This document shows, piece after piece, positions 22,405-31,459 of a stretch of DNA of 60,437 nucleotides. The stretch is from Candidatus Saccharimonadota bacterium (GTDB lineage Bacteria > Patescibacteriota > Saccharimonadia > Saccharimonadales > VXPC01): positions 1 through 60,437 of the forward strand of contig VXPC01000031.1 of the NCBI GenBank assembly GCA_009839685.1, in the 5' to 3' direction. Within the stretch, counting starts at the first letter, position 1. Every line of letters begins with the position of its first letter. Both the position numbers and the translations under genes were made by a program. The notes below the pieces were generated by a model, which searched no databases, was not told the origin of the DNA, and saw only the letters and a list, made by a program, of their open reading frames with translations.

Positions 22405-23406
22405 ATGACTCGCCGAACGTTCAACCGGCAACAACATGCCGATCATCAACCCGCCCTCCTTCCCGGGTTTGATTATTTTTGGCAATACGCGGCCGAAAGG
22501 CAGCGGGTTTACCACCTGCAACTAACGGGCCGCAAACCCCTCTTCACCGACAATCCCGTTATTAGCACCTACAGATTTACCAATGTCTACCGGGCGGCTG
22601 ACAGGGTAAGCCAGCACCTGATCAACCGCGTGCAATATGATGACAACTGGGACTGGCCGGATACCTTCGCGCGAACCATGGTGTTTAAGCTCTTTAATAG
22701 GATCGACACCTGGCGATATCTGGTTGAGCAGCTCGGGCAGCCGCGGTTGGCGGACTTGGCCGAGCAGCGGATAGACAAAGCTCTGGCATCGATAGCCGGC
22801 GCCAGACCGCTGTATAATCCGGCTTACGTAATGCCGCCGCCCAGACAAATGGAGGGACCGAAATTCAAACGCCACTTGGACCTGCTCAGGCTGATGATTC
22901 GCGACAAAGCTCCGCAGCTTATCAAAGGAGCCAAAACAATGGAAGAGGCCTTCAATATCTTGCGCGCCTACCCTTCCGTCGGTGATTTCCTAGCCTACCA
23001 ATTCATTATTGACCTTAACTACTCCCGCCACCTGCAATTCTCGGAAAATGAATTCGTGGTCGCCGGACCCGGATCCTTGCGAGGCTTGCGAAAATGCTTC
23101 GGCCGGGCAACAAAAGCGAACGCCGCCGACCTCATCCGTTGGACGGCCGAACGTCAGGAGAAAGAATTCGCCTCAAGGGAGCTGCCATGGCGCGACTTAC
23201 GAGGCCGGCCGATGCAGCTGATCGACGTGCAAAACGTTTTCTGCGAAGTTGACAAATACACCCGGCTGGCGGCGCCCCGGCTCAGCCGGCTGGCTCCGGG
23301 CAAGCGGCCGAAACAGTATTACCGACCGGCTGGAGAGCGTTTGACAGCCGAATTCCCGCCGAAGTGGCGCTTGTCCGAGCCGCCGGTCAACCCTGTTTTA
23401 TCCTGA
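22405..23406 (+). CDS. alpha-glutamyl/putrescinyl-thymine pyrophosphorylase-like protein (putative DNA base hypermodification protein)
   Basis: 333 aa. The N-terminal YFWQYAAERQRVYHLQLTGRKPLFTDNPVISTYRFTNVYRAADRVSQHLI matches my recollection of the family signature (W.FA.ERQ...PWT.DPIL...RFTN.YRA.DRVSQ.LI). Downstream motifs are VGDFLAYQFIIDLNYS, GPGSLRGL and DVQNVFCEVDKY. There is no P-loop. The ORF itself is certain, but the family call needs an HMM search. Confidence 0.55.
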   Translation: MTRRTFNRQQHADHQPALLPGFDYFWQYAAERQRVYHLQLTGRKPLFTDNPVISTYRFTNVYRAADRVSQHLINRVQYDDNWDWPDTFARTMVFKLFNRIDTWRYLVEQLGQPRLADLAEQRIDKALASIAGARPLYNPAYVMPPPRQMEGPKFKRHLDLLRLMIRDKAPQLIKGAKTMEEAFNILRAYPSVGDFLAYQFIIDLNYSRHLQFSENEFVVAGPGSLRGLRKCFGRATKANAADLIRWTAERQEKEFASRELPWRDLRGRPMQLIDVQNVFCEVDKYTRLAAPRLSRLAPGKRPKQYYRPAGERLTAEFPPKWRLSEPPVNPVLS

Positions 23407-24616
23407 GACCGAGTATCAGCGGCGCAAAACAAGCCGTGACTATGCAAGCAATCTGGAGTACCTCCAATTGGTGAGCGCTGAAGATAAGCAAGCTGACGAT
23501 AAGCAATGCCAGCAACAACCCGTGCACGACTGTCTGGCAATACGAATACATCTGGAAGAAAGCCAAACGGTCGGCTTTTTCTCTCGCCTGCTCGAAATAC
23601 CACTCATAAGCGACTATATTGTGGGACGACTGCTGCCACAGCAGGTTGTGCGCGGCAGCCGACGGCACGCCGGTGACAAAAAACCTCAAGCCGCCGAACA
23701 ACATCTCGCTCCAAGTACCGGCATGCAAAATTCCCCGGTACCTGCCCTTGTCAATCAGCCGGCCGGTCAGCAGAGAGATGGCGATCGCCAGCACCGATGA
23801 GACGGCCGCTATTATCCCCAGGCCGCCGTAAGCTTCATCCACGAAGACGGCCGCGGCCAGATAAAGCAGCCAGAGCGGCAGAATGATGTTGGGAATCAGA
23901 AAAGAAATCATGCACGCCATCAAGCCGCGCTTGGGAATACGCTTGAACAGCTGCCTGGTTTTACCGGGGCTCATGATTTCTCCCAGCCGCAAGTCGGAAA
24001 AAACAAGCTGCTGGCGCTTAATCAACAACAGGGGCGTCACGGAAAGCAACAGCAAAACGGCCGCGGCCGCCAAGCTGAGTTTGAATCCGAAAAACTGAGC
24101 CAACAGGCCGCCGGCCAAAGGGGCCAGGAAACTGGCCGCGGCCGTTACTATCCAAGCCAGAGAAATCAGCCTGCCCGACCGCCGTTCGTCTTGGAGATCT
24201 GTGAAATAGATATCCCAAACCAAGTAATAAATCCAAAAACTGGCCGCATCCAGCATCACGGTCAGAGCCAGAAGCCCGTAACCGAAAATCGAGGGAGCCC
24301 CGAGGCTGAAGAGCGCGACGGTAAAACCGATCTTCAGGATGCTGCTGACTATGATAACTTTTTGAATACTGAATTTAAGAACCCCAGCTGTACCCAAGTA
24401 TTGGCAGGCCGGTCGCAACAGGATGAAAGCCAGAAAATAGCCGGCGATCACCGGCAAGGAGTAGCCGAGCTGGTACAGATGAAAAAGCACGAAAAGAGAG
24501 AGCATCTGGGCACCCAGATCGTGCAACAGGCTGGCGAGATAAAATTTTTTGATCGGGTCGGCGGACCGACTGTTTTTTAAATGCCGATGGAAGAGGTGAT
24601 GGTGGCGACGAAACAT
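23387..24616 (-). CDS. polytopic membrane transporter, MFS-like
   Basis: 409 aa with roughly 10-12 hydrophobic helices and basic loops. The 3' end overlaps the convergent 22405..23406 gene by 20 nt. Confidence 0.5.
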   Translation of the reverse strand: MFRRHHHLFHRHLKNSRSADPIKKFYLASLLHDLGAQMLSLFVLFHLYQLGYSLPVIAGYFLAFILLRPACQYLGTAGVLKFSIQKVIIVSSILKIGFTVALFSLGAPSIFGYGLLALTVMLDAASFWIYYLVWDIYFTDLQDERRSGRLISLAWIVTAAASFLAPLAGGLLAQFFGFKLSLAAAAVLLLLSVTPLLLIKRQQLVFSDLRLGEIMSPGKTRQLFKRIPKRGLMACMISFLIPNIILPLWLLYLAAAVFVDEAYGGLGIIAAVSSVLAIAISLLTGRLIDKGRYRGILHAGTWSEMLFGGLRFFVTGVPSAAAHNLLWQQSSHNIVAYEWYFEQAREKADRLAFFQMYSYCQTVVHGLLLALLIVSLLIFSAHQLEVLQIACIVTACFAPLILGLRIKQG

Positions 24617-24646
24617 GACTGGCGTAGATGAAAAGACCGGCCGGAG

Positions 24647-25078
24647 TTAGCCTAGCAACCAGTATATCAGCCAGCCCCAACCCAAGCCTAAAACCGCGCC
24701 GGCAAATACCTGATAAGGAGAATGCCCCAAGGCTAGGTGCAAGGCTGTCCGCTGATCACCGAGCTTCAACTTGTCGGCAATCCGGCGGATTATCTGGGTA
24801 TTCTCACCCGTCGCCCGGCGAACGCCGACAGCATCGTAGACAACTACGCCCCAGAGAGTCAGTGCAACCCCGAAAACAGGCGAAGCCGGCCCCTCGCTCA
24901 TGGCTATTACCACCGCCATGGACGTAACTAAAGCCACGTGGGCGCTAGGCATACCTCCTGAAGTAACCAAGTCCTGCCAAGACAAGCCGTCCTGTCTTAA
25001 GGAGATGGCAATCTTGACCGCCTGCGCGGCCAACCAAGCCCCGGCGGCAGTTATGACATATAAGAAATCATTCAGCAT
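24647..25078 (-). CDS. divergent PAP2 / DUF212 (acid phosphatase/vanadium-haloperoxidase-related) membrane protein
   Basis: 143 aa. SGGMPSAHVALVTSMAVVIA and VVVYDAVGVRRATGENTQII match the DUF212 signature (GGMPSSH ... YDA.GVRR..G). Confidence 0.8.
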   Translation of the reverse strand: MLNDFLYVITAAGAWLAAQAVKIAISLRQDGLSWQDLVTSGGMPSAHVALVTSMAVVIAMSEGPASPVFGVALTLWGVVVYDAVGVRRATGENTQIIRRIADKLKLGDQRTALHLALGHSPYQVFAGAVLGLGWGWLIYWLLG

Positions 25079-27611
25079 CAGCTGTCGGCTTATCGTCCTC
25101 CGGCTGCACCTCGACGCCTTCCATTCTCAACTGCTCGTCGCTGTCATCGATGACTACCAAGGCGGCTACTTTATCGCTGGCGTCCAGTCGCATCAGGCGG
25201 ACTCCCTGAGTTGCCCGGGTGAGCTTGGGGATTCTTTTCAAATCAACCCTGATAGCCTTGCCTTTGTCCGAGATAGCAACTATTTCCTTGGCTTCCGGGC
25301 CGACGCTGCGCACGGCAATCAACTCGCCCGTTTTGTCGTTGATGGTCGCCGATTTGACACCGACCCCGCCCCGTTTGTGAGGCGTGAACTGATCCATGGC
25401 CGTCCGCTTGCCGTAGCCGTTGCTGCTGAGAACGACGACCAAAGCTTCGGGGTCAACCAGATCCATGCCGACCACTTTGTCGCCGGCCCGCAACCTGATG
25501 CCGCGCACTCCTCTGGCCGCCCGGCCCATGGCTCGGACATCCTTTTCCGAGAAACGGTTGGCTTGACCCTGAGCGGTTGAAATAACAATTTCGTCATCGC
25601 CGGAGCTCAGACGGACCCACTTGAGTTCGTCACCCGTATCCAGATTGATGTTAATCAGGCCGTTCTGGCGCAGGTTCTGGTAATGGCTGAGAGCGGTTTT
25701 CTTAACGACCCCATTCTTGGTACACATGAACAGGTGATGGTCATTTTTCTTCAAATCTTCCTTGCGCAGTTTGAGCATGGAGCTGATATTCTCGTCGCTG
25801 CGCAGGGACAGGAGGTTGGCGATATTCACCCCCCGGGCGTCAATTCTGGCTGCTGGCACCTCGTAGCATTTCAGCTTGAAGACCCGGCCGGTATTGGTGA
25901 AAAAGAGCAGCTCGTCGTGGGTGTTGGCAAACAGCATCTGCTCTACCAGATCTTCTTCTCTGGTCGACATTCCCCGCCGACCCTTGCCGCCGCGTCCCTG
26001 CTGCTTATATTCGCTGGCCAAGGAACGCTTGATGTAGTTGATAGTCGTCAGCGTTACCAAAACCTGCTCGTTGGGGATCAGATCCTCGTCGCTGAATTTG
26101 TCCAAATCTCTCAGGATGATTTGACTCCTCCTTTTGTCGGTGAACTTCTCCCGAACCTCCAGCAACTCGTCTTTGACAACCCCCAAGATCTTCTCCTCCG
26201 AAGCCAGCAGGCTTTCCAGTTGGCTGATTAATTTGTTCAACTCCGCCAACTCGTCCAAAATCTTTTGCCGCTCCAAGCCGGCCAAGCTGCGCAGCTGCAT
26301 CGCCAAAATGGCGCTGGCTTGGATATCAGACAGCTTGAACTGCTTGATCAGCGACGATCTGGCCGCCTCAACCGTCTTCGCCCCGCGGATAATTTCAATA
26401 ATCTGGTCGATGTGATCCAAAGCCAGCGACAGGCCTTCCAGGATGTGGGCCCTGGCCTGGGCTTTTTTCAGCTCGTATTCGGTCCGCCGGCGGACGACCG
26501 ATTGACGGTGTTTGACGTGTTCCTTAATGATGTCTATCAACCCCAGCACCCGCGGCTGGATGCCGTCAACTAGAGCCAGCATGTTGTAATGGAAAGCCGT
26601 TTGCAAAGGCGTATGCTTGTAGAGTTGGTTGAGAATCTTTTTAGGATAGGCGTCTTTCTTCAAATCAACGACGATTCTGACTTTTTCCCGGGCGCTCTCG
26701 TTACGGATATCGGCAATGGCCGTCACCTTCTTTTCCCTGACCAAATCGGCCATTTTGTCGATCATGTTAGTGATATTGATGCCGTAGGGCACCTCGGTAA
26801 TCACGATCCGCTGGGCGCCCTGTTTGTTGCGCTCCTCAATCTCAGCCTTGCCGCGGATGATGACGCTACCCCGGCCTGTTGCGTAAGCCGCCTGCATGTC
26901 TTCGCCGCCGAAAACCTCGCCGCCGGTCGGGAAATCAGGCCCCTTTATATGCTTGAGAACGTCGGTCGTGCTGCTGTCGGGGTTGTCGATTAGATGCAAA
27001 GTGGCGTCAACGACTTCGCCCAAGTTGTGCGGCGGGATGGAGGTCGCCATGCCGACGGCGATGCCGATCTGGCCGTTCAGCAACAAGTTGGGTAGCTTGG
27101 CCGGCAGAACCTCCGGCTCCATCTCGGTGCCGTCGTAATTGGGTCTGAAGTCTACCGTTTCCTTGTCCAAATCTTCCAGCAAGACTTCGGCGTGTTTGTT
27201 GAGCTTCGCCTCGGTATAGCGGTAAGCGGCCGGCGGGTCGCCGTACATCGAGCCGAAATTGCCTTGGCCGGTAATCAGCTGATAACGCATCGCCCAATCC
27301 GCCACCAACCGAGCCATGGACTCGTAAATCGCCGAGTCGCCGTGCGGGTGGTAATTACCCATCACGTCACCGACGATTTTGGCGCTCTTGACGGTCTTGC
27401 CGCCGCTCCTGATATTGTTGCGATTCATCACGAACAAAATCCGCCGGTGTACGGGCTTGAGCCCATCGCGGACATCCGGTAGAGCTCTGGCGACAATCAC
27501 GCTCATTGAATAACGCAAGAAATTGTCTTCCATGACCTCGACAATCGGCGAGGTCTGAATCCGGCCGTTGTCCGGGATCAGGTTCTGGTTTTTCAAATTA
27601 TCTTCGTCCAT
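25068..27611 (-). CDS. gyrA: DNA gyrase subunit A
   Basis: 847 aa with [27 protein letters not shown], the [10 protein letters not shown] active-site Tyr region, and C-terminal beta-pinwheel repeats. The many + strand ORFs across this span are shadows. Confidence 0.97.
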   Translation of the reverse strand: MDEDNLKNQNLIPDNGRIQTSPIVEVMEDNFLRYSMSVIVARALPDVRDGLKPVHRRILFVMNRNNIRSGGKTVKSAKIVGDVMGNYHPHGDSAIYESMARLVADWAMRYQLITGQGNFGSMYGDPPAAYRYTEAKLNKHAEVLLEDLDKETVDFRPNYDGTEMEPEVLPAKLPNLLLNGQIGIAVGMATSIPPHNLGEVVDATLHLIDNPDSSTTDVLKHIKGPDFPTGGEVFGGEDMQAAYATGRGSVIIRGKAEIEERNKQGAQRIVITEVPYGINITNMIDKMADLVREKKVTAIADIRNESAREKVRIVVDLKKDAYPKKILNQLYKHTPLQTAFHYNMLALVDGIQPRVLGLIDIIKEHVKHRQSVVRRRTEYELKKAQARAHILEGLSLALDHIDQIIEIIRGAKTVEAARSSLIKQFKLSDIQASAILAMQLRSLAGLERQKILDELAELNKLISQLESLLASEEKILGVVKDELLEVREKFTDKRRSQIILRDLDKFSDEDLIPNEQVLVTLTTINYIKRSLASEYKQQGRGGKGRRGMSTREEDLVEQMLFANTHDELLFFTNTGRVFKLKCYEVPAARIDARGVNIANLLSLRSDENISSMLKLRKEDLKKNDHHLFMCTKNGVVKKTALSHYQNLRQNGLININLDTGDELKWVRLSSGDDEIVISTAQGQANRFSEKDVRAMGRAARGVRGIRLRAGDKVVGMDLVDPEALVVVLSSNGYGKRTAMDQFTPHKRGGVGVKSATINDKTGELIAVRSVGPEAKEIVAISDKGKAIRVDLKRIPKLTRATQGVRLMRLDASDKVAALVVIDDSDEQLRMEGVEVQPEDDKPTADAE

Positions 27612-27627
27612 GTTCCAACCTGCTGCT

Positions 27628-29685
27628 CTAAATATCTAAATCCTTGACGAACTTGGCGTGAGTTTGAATAAAATTCTTACGCAAATCCACCTGTTCTCCC
27701 ATTAATTTATTGAAAACCGCGTCGGCTTTTTCGGCGTCTTCAATCGTTACTTTAACCAAAATTCTAGCCTCCGGATCCATGGTAGTCTCCCAAAGTTGTT
27801 CGGCGTCCATTTCTCCCAAGCCCTTGAATCTGGTCACCGACACCCCGGCTTGTTTCTCCAGCGTATTGTCGTTGGCCGGCGGCTGATCTTCTTGAGTCTC
27901 TTCCGTTGCCGGCTCGTCGTTTTCTTGGGCGGAGGCATCAGTGGGTTCACCGCCCCCCTGTTTCTTTTTGGCATTCTTCCGCCTAAGAGCGATCAGTTCT
28001 TCCAGTTTCGGGGTATACTCGTCATCGCTGTAAATATAGTGCGTCTTCTTGCCGACCTTGAAAGCATGGGTAGGCGCTTTGGAAAGATACAGGTATCCGC
28101 CCTCTATGACCGGCAGCATATACCTGAAAAAGAAAGTCATCAGCAAAGTGGCGATGTGCGAGCCGTCGACATCGGCGTCCGTCATGATAATAATCTTGTG
28201 ATAGCGCAGCCCGTCAAGGTCGAACTGCTCGTCAATACCGACCCCCATGGCCTTGATCAAAGTGGTTATCTCCTTGTTGGCCAGCATTTTGTCCAAACGG
28301 GCCCGCTCGACGTTCAACACTTTGCCCCTCAGAGGTAGGATAGCCTGAATGCGCGGATCACGGCCCGTACGGGCAGACCCGCCGGCCGAATCGCCCTCGA
28401 CAATGAAGATTTCCGATTCTTCAGGCACGCGGCTTGAACAATCGGCCAGCTTGTCAGGCATGCTGGCTCCTTCCAGCGCCCCTTTGCGCAAAACCTGCTC
28501 GCGAGCCGCCCTGGCAGCCTTGCGAGCTCTGGCCGACAGGATGGCCTTGGAAACGATGGCCTGTCCGATGCCGGGGTTCTCATTGAAGAAATAAGCCAGG
28601 TATTCGTTAACGGTCCTCTCGACCGCTCCCCTGACCTCGGGGTTACCGAGCTTGTTCTTGGTCTGACCCTCGAATTGCGGATCGGCGATTTTAACCAAAA
28701 TAACGGCCGTCAAACCCTCCCTGACGTCGTCGCCGGTCAGATTGTCGTCCTTCTCTTTGAGCAGGCCGCTGGAGCGGGCGTAGTCGTTGATAACCCGCGT
28801 CAGGGCGGCCCTGAAACCGACCAAATGCGTCCCGCCGGCGCTGTTGAAAACGTTGTTGGCGAAAGCTTTGACCGTTTCATTGATGGAGTCGTTGTACTGC
28901 AGGGCAACCTCTACCGACACGTCGTCTGCCATTTTCTCAACGTAGAAGACCTTGTTGCCGGCCACATCCCGGCCGCGGTTGAGGTGGCGGACGTAAGATT
29001 GGATACCGCCTTCAAAATAAAAGGAGTCGCGCAAGCCCGTCCGCTCGTCCAGCAATGTCGTCTTAACGCTCTTGGTCAAATACGCCTGGTGGCGCAGATA
29101 GTCCAAGACGACGGCATAATCGAACGGCTCGTCGTGCATGATGGTCGTGTCCGGCCAAAAGGTTATGATTGTCCCCGTCCGGTCCGTCTCACCCACTTCC
29201 TCAACCTTGGTTTTCGGGTCTCCCTTGGCGTATTCCTGCCGGTAAACCTTGCCGTCGCGATGCACTTCGGCGACCAGCTTTCTGGACAGAGCGTTAACGA
29301 CGCTGACACCCACGCCGTGCAAACCGCTGGAGACCTTGTAGCCGGAACTGTCGAACTTACCGCCGGCATGCAGCACTGTCATAATCGTTTCCAGCGCGCT
29401 CTTCTTGGTCTTGTCGTGTTTCTCGACCGGGATGCCGCGGCCATTGTCGGAAACGCGGACACCGTTGTCGGCCAGCAGAGTTACGGATATCTCGGTCGCA
29501 TGGCCGGCCAAAGCCTCGTCGATGCCGTTGTCGGCGACCTCCTTGACCATGTGGTGCAGCCCTTCCAGGCCCGTACTGCCGATGTACATGCCCGGCCGCT
29601 TGCGAACCGGCTCCAAGCCCTCTAGGACCTGGATCGAATCCGAACCATAGCTATCTTTAGCCTGAACTTTTTTACTGTTTGGCAC
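27628..29685 (-). CDS. gyrB: DNA gyrase subunit B
   Basis: 685 aa with LEGLEPVRKRPGMYIG, HHMVKEVADNGIDEA, GLHGVGVSVVNALS, EGDSAGGSA, the IIIMTDADVDGSHI Toprim motif, and RFKGLGEMDAEQLWETTMDP. Confidence 0.97.
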   Translation of the reverse strand: MPNSKKVQAKDSYGSDSIQVLEGLEPVRKRPGMYIGSTGLEGLHHMVKEVADNGIDEALAGHATEISVTLLADNGVRVSDNGRGIPVEKHDKTKKSALETIMTVLHAGGKFDSSGYKVSSGLHGVGVSVVNALSRKLVAEVHRDGKVYRQEYAKGDPKTKVEEVGETDRTGTIITFWPDTTIMHDEPFDYAVVLDYLRHQAYLTKSVKTTLLDERTGLRDSFYFEGGIQSYVRHLNRGRDVAGNKVFYVEKMADDVSVEVALQYNDSINETVKAFANNVFNSAGGTHLVGFRAALTRVINDYARSSGLLKEKDDNLTGDDVREGLTAVILVKIADPQFEGQTKNKLGNPEVRGAVERTVNEYLAYFFNENPGIGQAIVSKAILSARARKAARAAREQVLRKGALEGASMPDKLADCSSRVPEESEIFIVEGDSAGGSARTGRDPRIQAILPLRGKVLNVERARLDKMLANKEITTLIKAMGVGIDEQFDLDGLRYHKIIIMTDADVDGSHIATLLMTFFFRYMLPVIEGGYLYLSKAPTHAFKVGKKTHYIYSDDEYTPKLEELIALRRKNAKKKQGGGEPTDASAQENDEPATEETQEDQPPANDNTLEKQAGVSVTRFKGLGEMDAEQLWETTMDPEARILVKVTIEDAEKADAVFNKLMGEQVDLRKNFIQTHAKFVKDLDI

Positions 29686-29947
29686 TTAGGAATCCTGTTT
29701 TCTTTTCAATAACTGATTAACACGGTCAAAAATAACGCTATCTTCTAACTATATTTAACCTTAAATCGGTTAGATTTTCAACCGCTAATGGATACATTCC
29801 AACCCGAAGTACACCATTAGCGCTTCGGATTGCGACGCGACGAAGAAAGCTTGTACGACTTCGCATTTAGTGTTGCTGCGAGGCAGGAACTTGTTAACCG
29901 TAAAGGAATCGTAAAAACTCCCGCAGGCCTACGGGTTATTTTACGGC

Positions 29948-30370
29948 TCATCTACCGCCACCGGGCGGCCAAAATATATCATCAATACCCTTGCAGTTGT
30001 CCCGAATCTGTTTTTGCCACCAAGCGGTTTCCTGCTTGCCCTTTACATGGCCCTTGCCATAGAGCATTAAGACTGTAACTTTCCTCTCGGTTTCATCAAC
30101 CCAGATTATTGCCCGGTTACCGGATTTTCTAGGTGATTCATGGGTTCCCTCGACAGCAAAATCAAGTTTGATAAGCTTGTGGCCGCCAAGGGCCTTGATT
30201 AAATCAACCTGTTGGCGGCCGGCAGCTAGCATCCTGTCGATGCGCGAGCAAATGTCGGTTATATCAACCCGGGTCTTAGCCCAGTTGGACCTATATTTTT
30301 TAGCAAAATCCTTAGCATGATGACGGTCGCTAAACTCCGAAAACTCAACTTTATATTTTGAGGGGTCCAT
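29948..30370 (-). CDS. RelE/ParE-superfamily-like toxin partnered with a Panacea antitoxin
   Basis: 140 aa. IKLDFAVEGTHESPRKSGNRAIIWVDETERKVTVLMLYGKGH follows the RelE/HigB-type pattern (K..f....GKSGG.R.I......i.ll..y.K). It overlaps the antitoxin 3' end by 20 nt. Confidence 0.55.
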   Translation of the reverse strand: MDPSKYKVEFSEFSDRHHAKDFAKKYRSNWAKTRVDITDICSRIDRMLAAGRQQVDLIKALGGHKLIKLDFAVEGTHESPRKSGNRAIIWVDETERKVTVLMLYGKGHVKGKQETAWWQKQIRDNCKGIDDIFWPPGGGR

Positions 30371-31094
30371 AAACTTCTTCGGGCTCCTCTTGCGTAATCA
30401 GTCCGTAGGGGATAATCTCTTCATCACGGCAGATCTGCCAGGGCAGCTGCCGGTGTGTGAAAGCGACTATTTCAGCCGTCCGGCGTTGCGACCAGGCCTC
30501 GCCAAGACTATTTATCAGCCTGAGCTCAGAGTCGCTTAGCAAGTCGCTTGGCTGCTTGGCGGCCTCGTTGAGGCTGATCAAAATTGCCTTGCCGCTGTTT
30601 TCGCGCCTAATAGACTCCTCCTCCTCCAGATCATCTAGAACCTGGAAATAGGCCTGAGCTACCGGGCCGTGTTCGAGTTTGATGTAAGGTAGCCCGGACA
30701 TAGGCTTCAATTCCCGGTAGTACCAAGTGAAATCAGCTAGATAAACCAGTTTGGCTAATTTGGTTTTTGTGATTTTACCTTCGCCATCAGCACCGGCCTT
30801 GATCATGCTAAGAACCATCTGGCGGTACTTCTTTACGCCCAAGGAGTCGTAGATTGCAGCCCCTGAAAAGTCATCAAACTGTCCGGGGAACTCTTTGGCT
30901 AAAATATCCATCTGTCCGACGGTGAGGCCCTTGTCTCCACCCTCAACAGCGGCGTATGACTGGCGTCCCTTGAGGCCCAGTATTTCTGCCATCTGCTCTT
31001 GGGAATAGCCAAATTCCGTACGGACCTGAGCGAGTTTTTCTATTAGCGCTCTCGTCTTTGGTGAATTTTTGTTATTGGACTGCATTTTTGTCAT
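30351..31094 (-). CDS. XRE-family HTH + Panacea (DUF4065/SocA-like) domain antitoxin
   Basis: ORF 30351..31127. I place the start at ATG 31094, preceded by AAGGGGGAGG. The HTH is GYSQEQMAEILGLKGRQSYAAVEGG. The Panacea core is KTKLAKLVYLADFTWYYRELKPMSGLPYIKLEHGPV. Confidence 0.7.
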   Translation of the reverse strand: MTKMQSNNKNSPKTRALIEKLAQVRTEFGYSQEQMAEILGLKGRQSYAAVEGGDKGLTVGQMDILAKEFPGQFDDFSGAAIYDSLGVKKYRQMVLSMIKAGADGEGKITKTKLAKLVYLADFTWYYRELKPMSGLPYIKLEHGPVAQAYFQVLDDLEEEESIRRENSGKAILISLNEAAKQPSDLLSDSELRLINSLGEAWSQRRTAEIVAFTHRQLPWQICRDEEIIPYGLITQEEPEEVYGPLKI

Positions 31095-31176
31095 TCGACT
31101 AAACCTCCCCCTTAAAGCCTTGCTCAACGAGCCTGAATTTATAAATAGTGCAGTTAATTTCGTAACTCTTATTGCC

Positions 31177-31206
31177 AGTATACTACAAAATAGTTAATTT
31201 TTGCAA
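31177..31206 (-). promoter_or_regulatory. candidate promoter of toxin-antitoxin module 1
   Basis: On the minus strand: TTGCAA, an 18-nt spacer, then TATACT, in a strongly AT-rich patch ~80 nt upstream of the antitoxin start. Confidence 0.45.
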
Positions 31207-31459
31207 CATAATAATTAATTTACTTATTAATTGTATTTATTTTTAACAAATATATCAGGCGCGTATCATTGCAGGCCCGAGAGATAAGATAACTGGGCGG
31301 CGTTCTCAACACCTGTAGGCAGCAAAACTAGCAAAAGCCTGGCGCATTCTAACGAAACGCATTATTGCAACAAGCTATGAGTTGCCGTATCCGCACTTCG
31401 GTAGCACCGTGACTCTTGGTTGCTTGTGTCGTTTTCCGGCTGCAGATCTAGGGTTCAGA

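Noticed and set aside
28675-29625. 316-aa + strand ORF, and similar long + strand ORFs across 24900-29650
   Set aside because: Antisense to gyrB/gyrA, which are unambiguous.
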